A DNA stretch of 64,000 bases from Anthoceros angustus (Eukaryota > Plantae > Anthocerotophyta), in the NCBI GenBank assembly GCA_010909165.1, contig VJWM01000044.1:2046001-2110000 (forward strand), in the 5' to 3' direction. Positions 12,650-23,618 of this stretch are shown here, piece after piece. Each line of letters opens with the position of its first letter. Position 1 is the stretch's first letter. Below the pieces are notes generated by a model. That model saw nothing but the letters and a program-made list of their open reading frames with translations. It did not search any database and was not told the origin of the DNA. Both the position numbers and the translations under genes were made by a program.

Positions 12650-13065
12650 TTTGTAAACGGCCGGTCTAAATAAAGAGTCTTGTTGTAAACTCTGGTGTAG
12701 TAAACTATGGATGTTGTAAAATACCATTGGCATGTTGTAAAAGAACCCGTTGTAATGGAGAAAGTCTCAGAGTAAATTGATGGCCCGTAGTAAACAAACA
12801 TGCCATCGTTGTAACATCCATAAGCTCATTGTAAGTAACAAGTGCCCGTAGTAAAGTCCATTTTGTTTTGCCACGTCACTTGCGCCTTTGGCAAAACAAG
12901 CCACAATAAAGTTGGAATGAGGTTTAGTAAATTCGGGCTATACTTGAAAATAATACATGGACTTGAAACGGTGCCTTCAATTGACATAGTAAAATGGGCA
13001 GTCGTGGTAAAATGCACCCCTGTTGTAAAACTGCAATTAGTAAAGGTATACTTTTCCTAGTAGTG
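12650..13065. repeat. CACTA right subterminal repeats
   Basis: Repeated GTAGTAAA, GTTGTAAA and AGTAAA motifs running up to the right TIR. Confidence 0.75.
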
Positions 13066-13905
13066 TATGAGCATCCCATTTGCGAAATCCTTTTGAAGTT
13101 GCCTGCAAAGCAAGGCACTTGCATTCAGTCAGTCCTGGCTGCTTGACGGAGCAAAAAACGTGAAACAAAGGTGCAACACGCTACACACCGCACCATCACC
13201 TGATATGCTCAGTGCACAAAAAGCGTTAGGGTTCGTCCTCACATGTCCCGTCTCCTAAGACACGCAAGGTCACTCACTCTGAGCGGGCACAGATGCAGCA
13301 TGAGGAATAGGGTGTTGGATGTTTGGCCCAAGAACCGTGGCGGTAGTGGATGCATTCAAATTACTATCATCTTCGTGAAGTCGCCCCATACATCCAACGC
13401 AAGCATAATAAGCATGTTAGTACTCAACCACACCAAACGTAGTAGGATGCTCACATCCTGCTTCCACCTTTGTCTGATGAAAGCAACATGTCTAAGCGGA
13501 AGATTTGCATTCAGCCTCTCGACGAACGCGGGCCATACTTGCGAACAAAAGTTCCTGTATGTATGTGGTGCCCGCCTCTTTCCCATGTATGTGTGCTGAT
13601 CCGGTGGAAACCCTAAAACCACTAACAAGAAAAGATTTGTATGCCACCATCGGAACACCAAGCCGATGAACGTGTGATAGAATGTTTTTTCCCCGCGTAG
13701 GAACGGTGAAGCTCATGTGGCACGTATTATACGTGTATTATACGTGAGTATCTAACAGATTCCATAGCATATTCTCGTAGCGTACACCGGAAAAAAAGAA
13801 TGTCACACACACACTCCCGTGTGACCAGATCGGTATTCCATAACTTTGTACGCACAACCACACATACATAACATGCATAGGGTTGGGAGAAGATGTGAAC
13901 ATACG

Positions 13906-13946
13906 TACATACATACATACATACATACATACATACATACATACAT
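13906..13946. repeat. (TACA)10 microsatellite in the DUF677-A 3' UTR
   Basis: Direct reading; it starts 5 bp after the minus-strand TGA at 13952-13954. Confidence 0.95.
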
Positions 13947-13951
13947 GCAGC

Positions 13952-15177
13952 TCAGCTTGCTTTGGCACTGGAAGGATGCTGCATGAGCTTCTTGAGGACG
14001 ACGCTCCGGGCTCGATGTGTGCTCTGCTCGCACACGTTAACGTGCTCCGCCAGGCTCTCCAGCTCCACGATGAACCTGTCCTGCTTGCGCTTGATCTGGC
14101 TCACAGCAGTGACAAGGGCGAAGGGCTCCTCGCGCTCCTGCGCGAACCGGACGTTGCGGGCCATGGAGTTGATCTCGTTCTGGAGTTGGTTCACCAGAGC
14201 CTTGATGTTGTCCAGGTCACGGATGGCGATGTAGGTGCCCCAGTACGCGGAGTCCACCAGGTCCAGGCTGGCTGCCAGCTCGTCCTCGTACTTGGTCCAC
14301 AGGGACTTGAACCAGCGGCCCATGGACTCCATGGGGAGCGTGGACAAGGTGGAAACCCCGGCTGCGATGGCGGGGGAGACCAGCACCGCGGCCACCACTG
14401 CGCAGATGAGCACTGCCGCACAGGTGGCGGCCAGCATGATGGTGGAAACCTTCATCCATCCCCTGACGTTCTTCAGCTTCTTGTCCAGCTTCTTCTTCTT
14501 GCGTTGGAGCTTCGTCTGCATATCCACATGCTGCCTGTAAACCGCCTGGAACTGCTGATAGAATTCCTCCGGAAACGGGTTGGCAGCCTGCACCATCGAC
14601 GGCCCGACCATGGCAATCGCAAGGGATGTGTCAGTGAGGGTTGGCAAAGGAACTTACAGCAGAACTGCGCATTCAATGCAGCATCGAGTGACGTTCTCAC
14701 CTGCATGAAGTTGCTGAGCTCCTTCAGCACACGGTCGCATTGCTCTTTGGTAGGGTCACCGGATTCCGGCATCAAGTTGATGGCCACCTGAATAATCATC
14801 TGGTTGTCCCGGGCTTGCTTGATGCACTTGTCCAAAACGTGGCAGAAATCCAGCACAGCCAGGCTGCTGTCGAAGTACTCTGTCACCAGCTTAAGGAGGT
14901 GCTTGTCCGCCCATACGTCCTCCTTGTACTCCAGGATAACCTTCATAACCTCCTGATCAACCTCCAGAAGTGTGGTGGTGACATCCTTCAATGACTCGAA
15001 AGTCAGGCCTGTGGAATCCGCTCCTCTCGCCACCGAATTGATGGCGTTTCCTGTCCGATTCCTCAGCTCTTCATCGAAGTTCTTGACGTCAGGATCGTCA
15101 TGGCACTGCTCTTCGAACTCTGACAGATCAAGAGGGAGCACATCGCTTCTCTTCCTTTTGCTCAACGTTTTCCCCAT
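13952..15177 (-). CDS. UPF0496/DUF677 family protein (paralog A), 2 exons, ~370 aa
   Basis: Exon 1 is 15177-14701 (MGKTLSK...ELSNFMQ), followed by a 113-nt GT-AG intron (14700-14588) and exon 2 at 14587-13952 (AANPFPEEF...SSAKAS*). Family motifs: SLKDVTTTLLEVDQEVMKVILEYKEDVW, EYFDSSL, a hydrophobic two-helix segment, GTYIAIRDLDNIKALVNQL. A probable 5' UTR intron lies at ~15179-15324. Confidence 0.88.
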
Positions 15178-16656
15178 CCTTTAGGGACTAGACCAAATGT
15201 GCCAGTTGGTAAAACCAGGAGCTATACCAAACTCAGCCCGTCAGAAGAGATACATGACCGCAACTTTGCAACACAAACACTTCCCGACGTTCCAAGCACT
15301 AGCATCAGCGGCTACGCCAAACTTACCATGTAATGCACTTCTACATGTCCTTCACATTGTGTTTCATCAAATTCCACTGGCGACAGGAGACAAAGCAAGC
15401 ACGTAGGTAACAACAAATGTTGGTAGATGCAAACACAGCAATCTTGCGGCTATGCTCTGAATTCCGAACAGAACATTGATCAGTCGGACATGGATGTTGA
15501 TCAGGATGCTAAAATCTCACTTCTGAAATTCTCTCTTGTGGCTCCTGCACAGCCTATTACGTAATTGAAGACTTGGTGGATTCGCAATTACAGCCATGAT
15601 ATCCTACATGCAGGCAAGTAAAGCAATGCATCACATCAGATATTCCAGATACCAGAGCTCAAACGCCAACTGCATGCAGTCACAGGCGCTAGCCTCTGCT
15701 TCTCCTTATCCGCTGCTAGATGCTTCCAAGGCCTTGGCGTCCTCGTCCCCGTCCACATCCAGGCCACTGCTGACCTATAAATTCTAGGTGGATTTCTAAT
15801 CAACAGGCACGATGCTGTCAGTCGAATGTGCTGTAGCCACACACCAGCTAGTCTACCGGTCGACGAATGAATTCGAAGGTAGGAGATGGATTGAAATGCC
15901 GGTACGGACCAACCTGAGCACACAAGAAGCCATAGCCGGTCAGAAGCTACTGGGAACGGAGTCACGCGTGCTGTTGGAGCCCCTTGGCAGAAGCAGGATG
16001 GGCCTCCAAGTCGCAGCTTCATGGGGGAAGGAAGGGCGCCGGGTACGGTAGTACCAGCTTTTATTATGCTGGTATATCGCTCTGTTCCTATGGCTGCACC
16101 CGATATAGGCGGTGGGTGGTCGTGACCGGCCGATCCCGTCGGCCACTTGCCACGATCCTCATTTTATTACTCATTTCCAACAATGATTGTGCGACACATT
16201 GTAGGTGAGTGACCGGGTACTCCAATACAAAGGATTCTAGTACAGTTCTGAGTCGCCTGTCCCACAAAGAGACGATGGCCGGCTGGTTTGAGGCTCCAGA
16301 CCCATGTTCCTACTTGGGAAGGAGGCGTGGGTCCAAATCCTATCCCTAGCGATAAAGCAGTTTGATAAATACCGTTGCTGAGGGCTGCTTTTGAAAAATA
16401 ATTAGGAACGGTTGAGGCTCTCATCCCGCCTGTGTTGTATACAGAGGGATGTAGCAAGACAACTATGTCCAAGGAAATCACACACCCCGAGAATGTTCCA
16501 CCAACCGATTTCTGTTCCCTGGGCGTGCGCCTCATCAGTGGCACAAGGGGACGTCAGTGGGTCCAAGTGTGTATCGTCAGAAAGCACCCTCCGCAACTTG
16601 GCTGTCTGCAGATTACCACGAAGGGGCAGGTGCTTGCAACGAGGTTAAGCTTGTAA

Positions 16657-16884
16657 CGAGGTCCAAATGGCCTAGGCCAAAATGAACACACATTTATAAG
16701 AACGTGATTAAGCTCAGGATCGCCGTGATTAAGCATCCTGAGCTTGGATCGGTACTTAGATGGGGTGCCTAAAGGAATGGATGCCCTTGGTGCAAGTAGC
16801 TTAGGCAACCATGGTACAAGTTGTTATACCAAGTCCCATGACGGAAATCCGTCCTTAGTGGACTTCAATAAAATTCTTCTTCTT
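16657..16884 (+). mobile_element. Candidate SINE or 5'-truncated LINE insertion, 228 bp
   Basis: Flanked by a direct repeat CTTGTAA (16650-16656 and 16885-16891) and ending in AATAAAA(TTC)n. The empty site, with a single CTTGTAA, is seen at ~31920 and, inverted, at ~35985. A second filled copy lies at 49590-49823. Confidence 0.55.
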
Positions 16885-17113
16885 CTTGTAAAAGGTGAAC
16901 ATGTACACTCGGGACTGCGAAGCCCAGCAAAAGACAATCCGCAACCCAGCTGCCGACCATTTGTAGTGTAGGGCCCTAGCTTTCCATGAAAATGCCCTGG
17001 GGCCGGAGTGGCATGGGTAATGTGCCCGTGTTCCAGGACTACCAGCTCTGGAGCTTGAGCCTGAGGTGATGATCCATCGCGATCGATTGGAGTGCTGGTG
17101 CCTGTGGTTGCCC

Positions 17114-17477
17114 ATGGCTAGTGCTGGAGCTAGCGGGCTCGCACGGTGCAGTCCATGAGATTCCATGAGGCTAGGAGTACCAGTATGGGTGGGACACGAA
17201 GGCCTGCAGGACCAGCTCCTACGTCGAGCTACGGATGAAGGCTCAGTGTTAGATCAAACAGCAGCCTGTCGACTCCGGCAACAAGTCTGTAGGGACGCGT
17301 TGGAGGCCTTGACGAAGATCTTCTCCGTGCCACTGCCCAACGAAAAGCACTGGGTGAAGTTTTCATCGGTTAAAGACGATTCCACAAGGAGCAACAGCGC
17401 CAGCAGCAGGACTGCCCATACGGTCTCCGACCAGATCCACATCGATCATTGCTGCTAATGTCTTGGACCCCCATTAG
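17114..17477 (+). pseudogene. DUF677 paralog C, 5' exon fragment (inverted relative to paralog B)
   Basis: [31 protein letters not shown] and IIAANVLDP followed by GTGAG are homologous to exon 1 of paralog B (22143-22478, -), with a stop and frameshifts. Copies at 50056-50420 (+), 32153-32335 (+, internally deleted) and 35573-35755 (-). Confidence 0.8.
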
Positions 17478-18249
17478 GTGAGGCAGACTGGAACCAGGTC
17501 TGGATCTCAACACCTCGCAATTCCTGGCCATGCAGGCAGCAGCAGTTCTCATGGCGAATAAACTGACACAGCCCAGCGAACGGACACGAGACCCGAACCC
17601 CAAAGCGGCAGCTGCACGGCGAAATCAAAGAGCTCTAAGTATCTGCTGGGATTAAGTATGAATTGAAAACGGCCATCTCACCGTGCTCAGAACATGGTGT
17701 CGTGACAATTCTTCCAGAGCAATCAAGCTATGGGCTTAGGAAATGTAAGACCGAGGTGCAATAATCCGGACAGCACGATGATCGGGAACCCTTTACAGCA
17801 GGCCTGCGCGCAAACCATTCAAAGTGAATCACCCAGTCTACAGGCGATGAGGACTCACTCTTACTAGCATAGCTGCCCTTCTCTCTGGTATCACAACTCG
17901 AAAGGTTGGAGCTATTTGAAGGACAGAGTTGATATCCACTTAAGTATACACGAGTGGATGATGGATGGATGGATGTCCTTCACACGCACACGTATTCGAA
18001 AACTGCATCCAACGACAGAGGCCACAACAGATGCTGTAAGGGACTAGCTCCGAGTAGCAGGCCTTCACAAATCACTGGTGGTCCACCAGACGAGTAGGAG
18101 CTGAATGATGCGTCCCTTAGCAATTGTGAGGATCACAATGAGGAGATCAGACTATGTTTGCTTTTGTCAGCATGTCGTGAAAGTTTGTAAGTTTTAACAG
18201 TATGTTTCTACGATTGTATTACAGGAGTCCGACTATCGGCATGATTACA

Positions 18250-18913
18250 GGCAAGGTTAAGGAGCTGCCTCCGACAGAATTTTCCAGCTCTGGTTAACAG
18301 TCATGAAGCATAGGTGAAGGCACTGTTCAAGGTCATGTGCTGTTCAAGGTCATTTAACTGTTGGAAATGATTCTTGATTCTTTGTTAGATGGTGGACCAT
18401 GACGTGCACAAGCTCAGGTCAACAAACAGGTAGACCCAGGGTCAGGAGACCCTGGGTCTCAAGGTACATGACCTGGATTCTGGTCATCGTTGGCGATTCA
18501 AAGTCTTCTTCAACCTCGTTTCGAGTCGTGCAACCACCCTTTTAATCGTGTCGAGGCCCTGAGCCAGCACATATGAGCCTTTGGATGCTGCTCCAAGCTG
18601 TTGAGGACATTTTGTCAGAGTGAGTAAACAGACAACCAAATCTACAAGAAGAAGTGTCTCCTTCCTGAACCTTGGACGCTTTCATTTTGCGGTTATGGAA
18701 GCATCTCTGTAGACAGGCCTTGGTGGGAGAAACGAGTCAGGCCAACCCTCCCATCCATCATTGTTCTCAACACTCCTGCTTCGACGTAGCTGTGAAGGTC
18801 CTGGTGGACGGATCAGAGCATGAAGCTGCGCTTGTGACGGCTGTGCCAATAGTCAGGCGAGGAAGCCTCGTCGTCTACTGGGCGGAAAACAACTGCTGCT
18901 GGAGTCCTCAGAC
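18250..18913 (-). pseudogene. DUF677 paralog C, 3' fragment (deleted and degenerate)
   Basis: TKCPQQLGAASKGSYVLAQGLDTIKRVVARLRNEVE is homologous to the 3' exons of paralog B. Copy at ~51200-51865. Confidence 0.8.
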
Positions 18914-19098
18914 AAAAAGGATGAACATCAAGCAGCACTGAACTAGAAAATGAGATCGTGGAGATGACATCAGGGTGTTCACCGTAAAGGAAATCAGGTG
19001 ATGCACATGGCTGCGGTTCAGTAATCTAGACACACTGAGTGGCAAGACAGCCGATCACTTCAAATGCAGCGGGTTGCATGGAAAAGCTCACAAAAGCC

Positions 19099-19119
19099 AG
19101 CCCAGGGTTTAGGGTTTAG
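19099..19119. promoter_or_regulatory. Site II motif (TGGGCT) plus telo-box just upstream of the MRL7 ATG
   Basis: AGCCCA at 19099-19104 overlaps AGGGTTTAGGGTTTAG at 19104-19119, ~20 bp before the ATG. The same arrangement is at 52056-52076. Confidence 0.5.
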
Positions 19120-19137
19120 CTCATTTTGAAGGATATC

Positions 19138-20695
19138 ATGGCAGCCGGGCCGATGGCTTGGAACAGTGGCATCTGCTCCAAGGATATCGTTGTTGGATGC
19201 AGTGGAGGATGAACATTCGGCAATCCGTCGTATGGTTTGCCTCTCGAAGCTCCTTTTCATATTCCCTGTGAGGATGCTTTTCTAACATGGTTCTGTTTTG
19301 CAGGAGAGGCATTGATCGTCCATTCACATTGACCTGTAACTGGAAGGCGACGAGGGTGGTAACAGGCATAAGATGTTCCACCGCGGGTCAAGAGATTGCG
19401 CCGGAGGTTGAGAAGAAAAGAGGAGAGGACGGCCCAGGAGGGTTAAAGTTCCTGAGGAGCAAGAGAAGGACGTATCTCGTGAACTGGAGTCTGATCCTGC
19501 ACAGGACGCGTCAACGTCCAGAGCAGAGGCTGCCCAGAACCAGAAGGTAGAAGATGTTGCTGCTGCTCTCCAGTGGCAGGGGTGGTGCTGGAGGCCGGCC
19601 CACATCGAAGGAGCTCTTAACGGAGTGGATGATGAAGAGGACGTGGGAACTGCTTCTATTGGTGAAGGGCAGACAAGGCAAGACGTTACAACTCGTCTAA
19701 CCGCTCTCAATATGAAGCACTGCACGCAAGGATTGAGAAGGAGTTGGAAAGGTTACGTGCTAGTGATCCCGACTATGACGAGGACGAAGACGAGGACTAT
19801 CCTCTTATTGTGGACGAAGACGACCCTACATGGCCTCCTGAGGGGGAAAGTGGCTGGGGGTTCAGAGTGTCGGAGTTCTTTGATGAAAAAAAAGTGAAGG
19901 TGACTAGGGATAGGACAGAGGGAGAGGAAGACGATAGTGACAGTGATGACGAGCTAGACCTGAATTGGGATGAAGACTATCAGAAAAGTTCGTCAGAGAC
20001 ATAACAGCTGCAGAATGGGGACCCACTGTGTTCGATAACATGAGTCCTGTGGTGGTTTATGTGTATGAACGATATGGGACAGGGTACCGTCCGCCTGTCA
20101 TCTGTCTTTGAAGCTGTTTCCAGGTATCGAACTCTTTTGGTGTGAGCCCTAACGTCCTGGCTTGTCCTGCTCTTCTTCAGAGGTCGTGTGGGATGGCAAA
20201 TGTTGAAGAGGTGGAGAAGATGGTGGATACCATTTGGACACGAGTACCAGTTCGGGTACGTTGGGAACAAGGTTCCATTTTCCCGTGCAGGTCATCGGAT
20301 CTGGTTCACCTGGATAATGAACCGTTTTGGGCATTGCAGGCTGTCAAATTGGATGCTGGGACTGAGGTGGATCTGGTTGGGGCAATGAAGATAGAAAAGA
20401 CCCCAGTTGTTTTACTGATCAAGTCTGGAAAGATAGTTCACCACATCGAAGGTCCGCAACTTGTTGCCCAATACAAGTTTTTGCTGGTTGTTGCTTTCCA
20501 TCATGCTTCCAGCGACCGACAAAGTTTGCACAGCATTTGGGATTGACAGCTCTTAATGACTGCCTTTCGTCTGGTGTGCCGTATTCAGGTTTCATGGCTT
20601 CAGACCAGCTCTGTCAGATTGCCGCACACTATTTCTACGGAGCAAAGCGGCCAAGTTGGTTGGAAATACCAACAACAAGTGTACAAATGTCGTGA
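19138..20695 (+). CDS. MRL7: MRL7/RCB/NCP-family thioredoxin-like plastid protein, frameshifted copy
   Basis: Same five exons as the 52095-53662 copy, but with many 1-3 bp deletions that look like read errors. Confidence 0.7.
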
Positions 20696-20828
20696 TGTAT
20701 AAGCAAAGGTCTTTGGTTTCGAGTGAGCAAAGCTTCCAGTGTACTGAAGGGGTTGGTCCATGTTTGCTTTTGTCAGCATGTCGTCAATTTTGTATGTTTT
20801 AACAGTACAGGTTCTACATAAGTTGTAA

Positions 20829-22478
20829 CTACATACGGTGTCCTACTGTCGGCAGGGTTACACGCAAGGCTATGGAGCTACTTTTGACAGAATTTTCTGA
20901 ACCATGAGGGTCCGAGCTTTGTTAACAGTCATGAAGCATAGGTAAATGTGCTGTTCAAGATCATCCAGCTGCTGGGAGCAGACTGCCTGATTCTTTGTTA
21001 GATGGTCGACCATGACCTGCAAGCGAGCACAAGCGTAGGTCAATAAACAGGTAGGTACCGGATACAGATGATAACATATCTGGGTCTCAAGGTTGAAGAG
21101 GCTCGTACATAAACGGGATTCTGGTCATCACGTGGTCGATTCCAAAACCTTATCCTGCCTTTGGTATGTTCGACCTCGTTTCGGTTTCGTGCAACTAGCC
21201 TTTTGATGGTGTCAAGGTCTTGAGTCACTACGTATGTTCCTTTGGATGTTGCATCAAGCTGTTGTGGACGTTTTGTCAGAGTGAGTAAACACGCAAACAG
21301 GTCCACACGAAGAAGTGCCTCTATTCTTATCACCGATCAAGCCACACCTGAACCTTGAACGCTTTCATGTTGCTGTTATAGAAGCATCTCGTGGACAGCC
21401 CTAGACGGGCGACCCAACGGACTCAGTCCGATTCTTTTCATCCTTGGTTGTCCCAATACCCCTACTGCTTCACAGGTAGTAATAGCACAACAGAACAGAT
21501 GTTTACGTTCCTTTGCAAATCCGCATCCGCGTATCAGTTTCTTCTTCCTGTCCAGACGGCATTGTCAGCGACCCCTCCTAACACTGGTTGGAACTGTTCC
21601 AAGTCGGAGAACGGGTTCTCTGCTTCGACGTAGCTGTAGCTCCTGGTGGACGGATCTGAGCATGTCGTTGCGTTTGTGATGGCTGTGGGAGTAGACGGCG
21701 GAGGAAAGCTCGTCATCTATATCAATCGGGTGACAACCATCAGCAGCTTTGGATAAACTTGCTGCTGCGCCGCTGCTGCTGGGTCCTCGGATAAGAGGAT
21801 GGAGTCGTCGGCGTCGGAATTGCTGGTGTCAGCTGCCTGCGAGGTGTCAACGGGATCTGGTGCTCTCGAGTGTATGATGCTCATGGCACTTTCCACTGTC
21901 CTGTTGTTTTCTCGGACTTGCGCGACACTTTTGAGAAGCTCGCCACACAGATCTGATGCTTTCAAGCTGTTGTCAAAGTAGTCCAGAACCAGCTTGAAGA
22001 AGGAGGCCGAGGTGGCCCTGGTTGTCCATGTCTCTCAGCACCGCACATCCACTTCTGCCTGTGAGAATTCCAACTGGAGATCCGTCACAAAACTCACTCC
22101 TGACACAGATCTAGATCTGGAACAGATACCACTCTACCTTACCTGATCAGGGTCCAAGAGGTTAGCAGCAATGATATCGATCTTGTCGGAGTCCGGAGTC
22201 CGGAGTCCTGCTGCTGGCGCTGTCGCCCTTGTGGAATCGTCTTTAAGCCACAGAAACTTGACCAAGTGCTTTTTGTTGGGCACGGAGACGGTCTTGCTCA
22301 AGGCCTCCAACGCGTCTCCTACAGACTTGCTGCCAGAGACGAGAGGCTGTTGTTTCATCTGACAATTAGCCTTCATCCACAGCTCGACGTAGGAGCTGGT
22401 CCTGCAGGCCTTCCTGTACTCCTCATGCAAGTTCATGGACTGAAACCGTGCGAGCCCGCTAGCTCTAGCAGCAGCCAT
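20829..22478 (-). CDS. UPF0496/DUF677 family protein (paralog B), multi-exon, indel-damaged copy
   Basis: Exon 1 (22478-22143) reads [34 protein letters not shown]...LLDPDQ, then an 84-nt intron at 22142-22059. Later exons contain [26 protein letters not shown] and [29 protein letters not shown]. Confidence 0.75.
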
Positions 22479-23186
22479 GGGCAATCAGAGGCACCAGCAC
22501 TCTAAACGAGGGATCATGACCTCGAAGTTCCAGAGCTGGTAGTCTTGGAACACGGGCACAAGAGCCATGCCACTTCCGCCCCAGAGCATTTTCATGGAAA
22601 GCTAGGACCCTACACTACAAATGGTCGGCAGTTGGGTTGCGGGTTGGTTGTCTGTTGTTGTGCTTTGCACTCCCGAGTGTACATGTTCTTACCCTTCCAA
22701 GCTTTCCTCTTTCCAAGCACCTTCCCCTTCGTGCGGGTGGAGCCCGAAAGAAAGCAGCTCCCTCAGCTCCTTTCGTAAGCCATGGCCTACAATAATCTAC
22801 AGGCAGCCAAGTTGCGTAGGGATGCTTTCTGAATCTAGATGCCCAGTGCAAGGCCCACTGGCGTCTCCTGAGCACCAGTGAGATGGGGCGCTGACCGCAC
22901 GGCCATGGAGCAGAAATCGATTGGTGAAACATCTTGGGGTTGTGCCATTTCCTTGGACATTGCTGTCTATGCCATCATTTAGCAGAGGCGGGATGAGACT
23001 CCATAACCTGAGCGCGTGTAAGACGGGAGGAGGAGGGGTGTGTGAAACATCTTCCGTCTTAGGCAGCCAAGTGCAGATATGCGGTACTCCGGCAAGAAGC
23101 GTGATAAGCGGGGAATGTCATCAGGATAGGGCGTGGGAGGTATGCCTCCGCCAGCTTGGATGGATAGCCAAGGATAGCTGAGCGAT

Positions 23187-23406
23187 GTACAAGAGGAAGC
23201 TGACTCAAAGCCAAAGCACGTTGCTCATCCATCACACCCTTGCCACACTTGTTGTTCGTTTCCCGACCAGCTTGGCCCTTTGCTAGAAATAGAAATAGTG
23301 AGCGGCAATGTGACAGCTGATCCGAAGCCATGAAACCTGATATTACAGCACCCGACGAATGGCAGTCAACAACAGCTTATATTGGGCAACAAGTTGCTGA
23401 CCTTCA
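23187..23406 (-). pseudogene. Diverged fragment of the MRL7 last intron, last exon and 3' UTR
   Basis: Minus-strand GAAGGTCAGCAACTTGTTGCCCAATA...CAGGTTTCATGGCTTCGGATCAGCTG...CACTATTTCTA...GCAAAGCGGCC matches the MRL7 3' end. Copies at ~33376-33598 and ~56181-56406. Confidence 0.8.
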
Positions 23407-23618
23407 AAGAGGAGATGGCGCGCCATCCGGGCAAAGAAGACCCTTGCCCCACAAGTCAAATAGAAGCCTGGGCCATGGGAGAGCCAGCCAAAACGGCAGA
23501 GAGGCCAACAGAAGAGAACTGGTTACCATCGAAGAGAACCGGTCACATCGAAGAGAACCGGCCCTCCCAGCACGATAAAGATCAAATGGGTCAATGACCA
23601 TAAATGTGCTTTGGGAAA

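Larger units (their letters stand above)
7705..13065. mobile_element. CACTA (En/Spm) DNA transposon, ~5.4 kb, apparently non-autonomous
   Basis: Left TIR CACTACTAGGAAAA (7705) and right TIR TTTTCCTAGTAGTG (ends 13065) are perfect over 14 bp and imperfect to ~28 bp. A 3-bp TSD TAT is present on both sides. No TnpD motifs were recognised inside. Confidence 0.93.

Noticed and set aside
13727-14033. ORFs containing MYVCMYVC repeats
   Set aside because: They are translations of the (TACA)n microsatellite.
13883-14791. 302-aa plus-strand ORF
   Set aside because: Antisense shadow of the GC-rich DUF677-A coding sequence.
19104-19119. Interstitial telomere
   Set aside because: Only about two TTTAGGG units; better read as a promoter telo-box.
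19138-20695. Pseudogenisation of one MRL7 copy
   Set aside because: The damage is almost all 1-3 bp deletions with few substitutions, matching read error across 15-30 kb. It cannot be called a pseudogene from this sequence.
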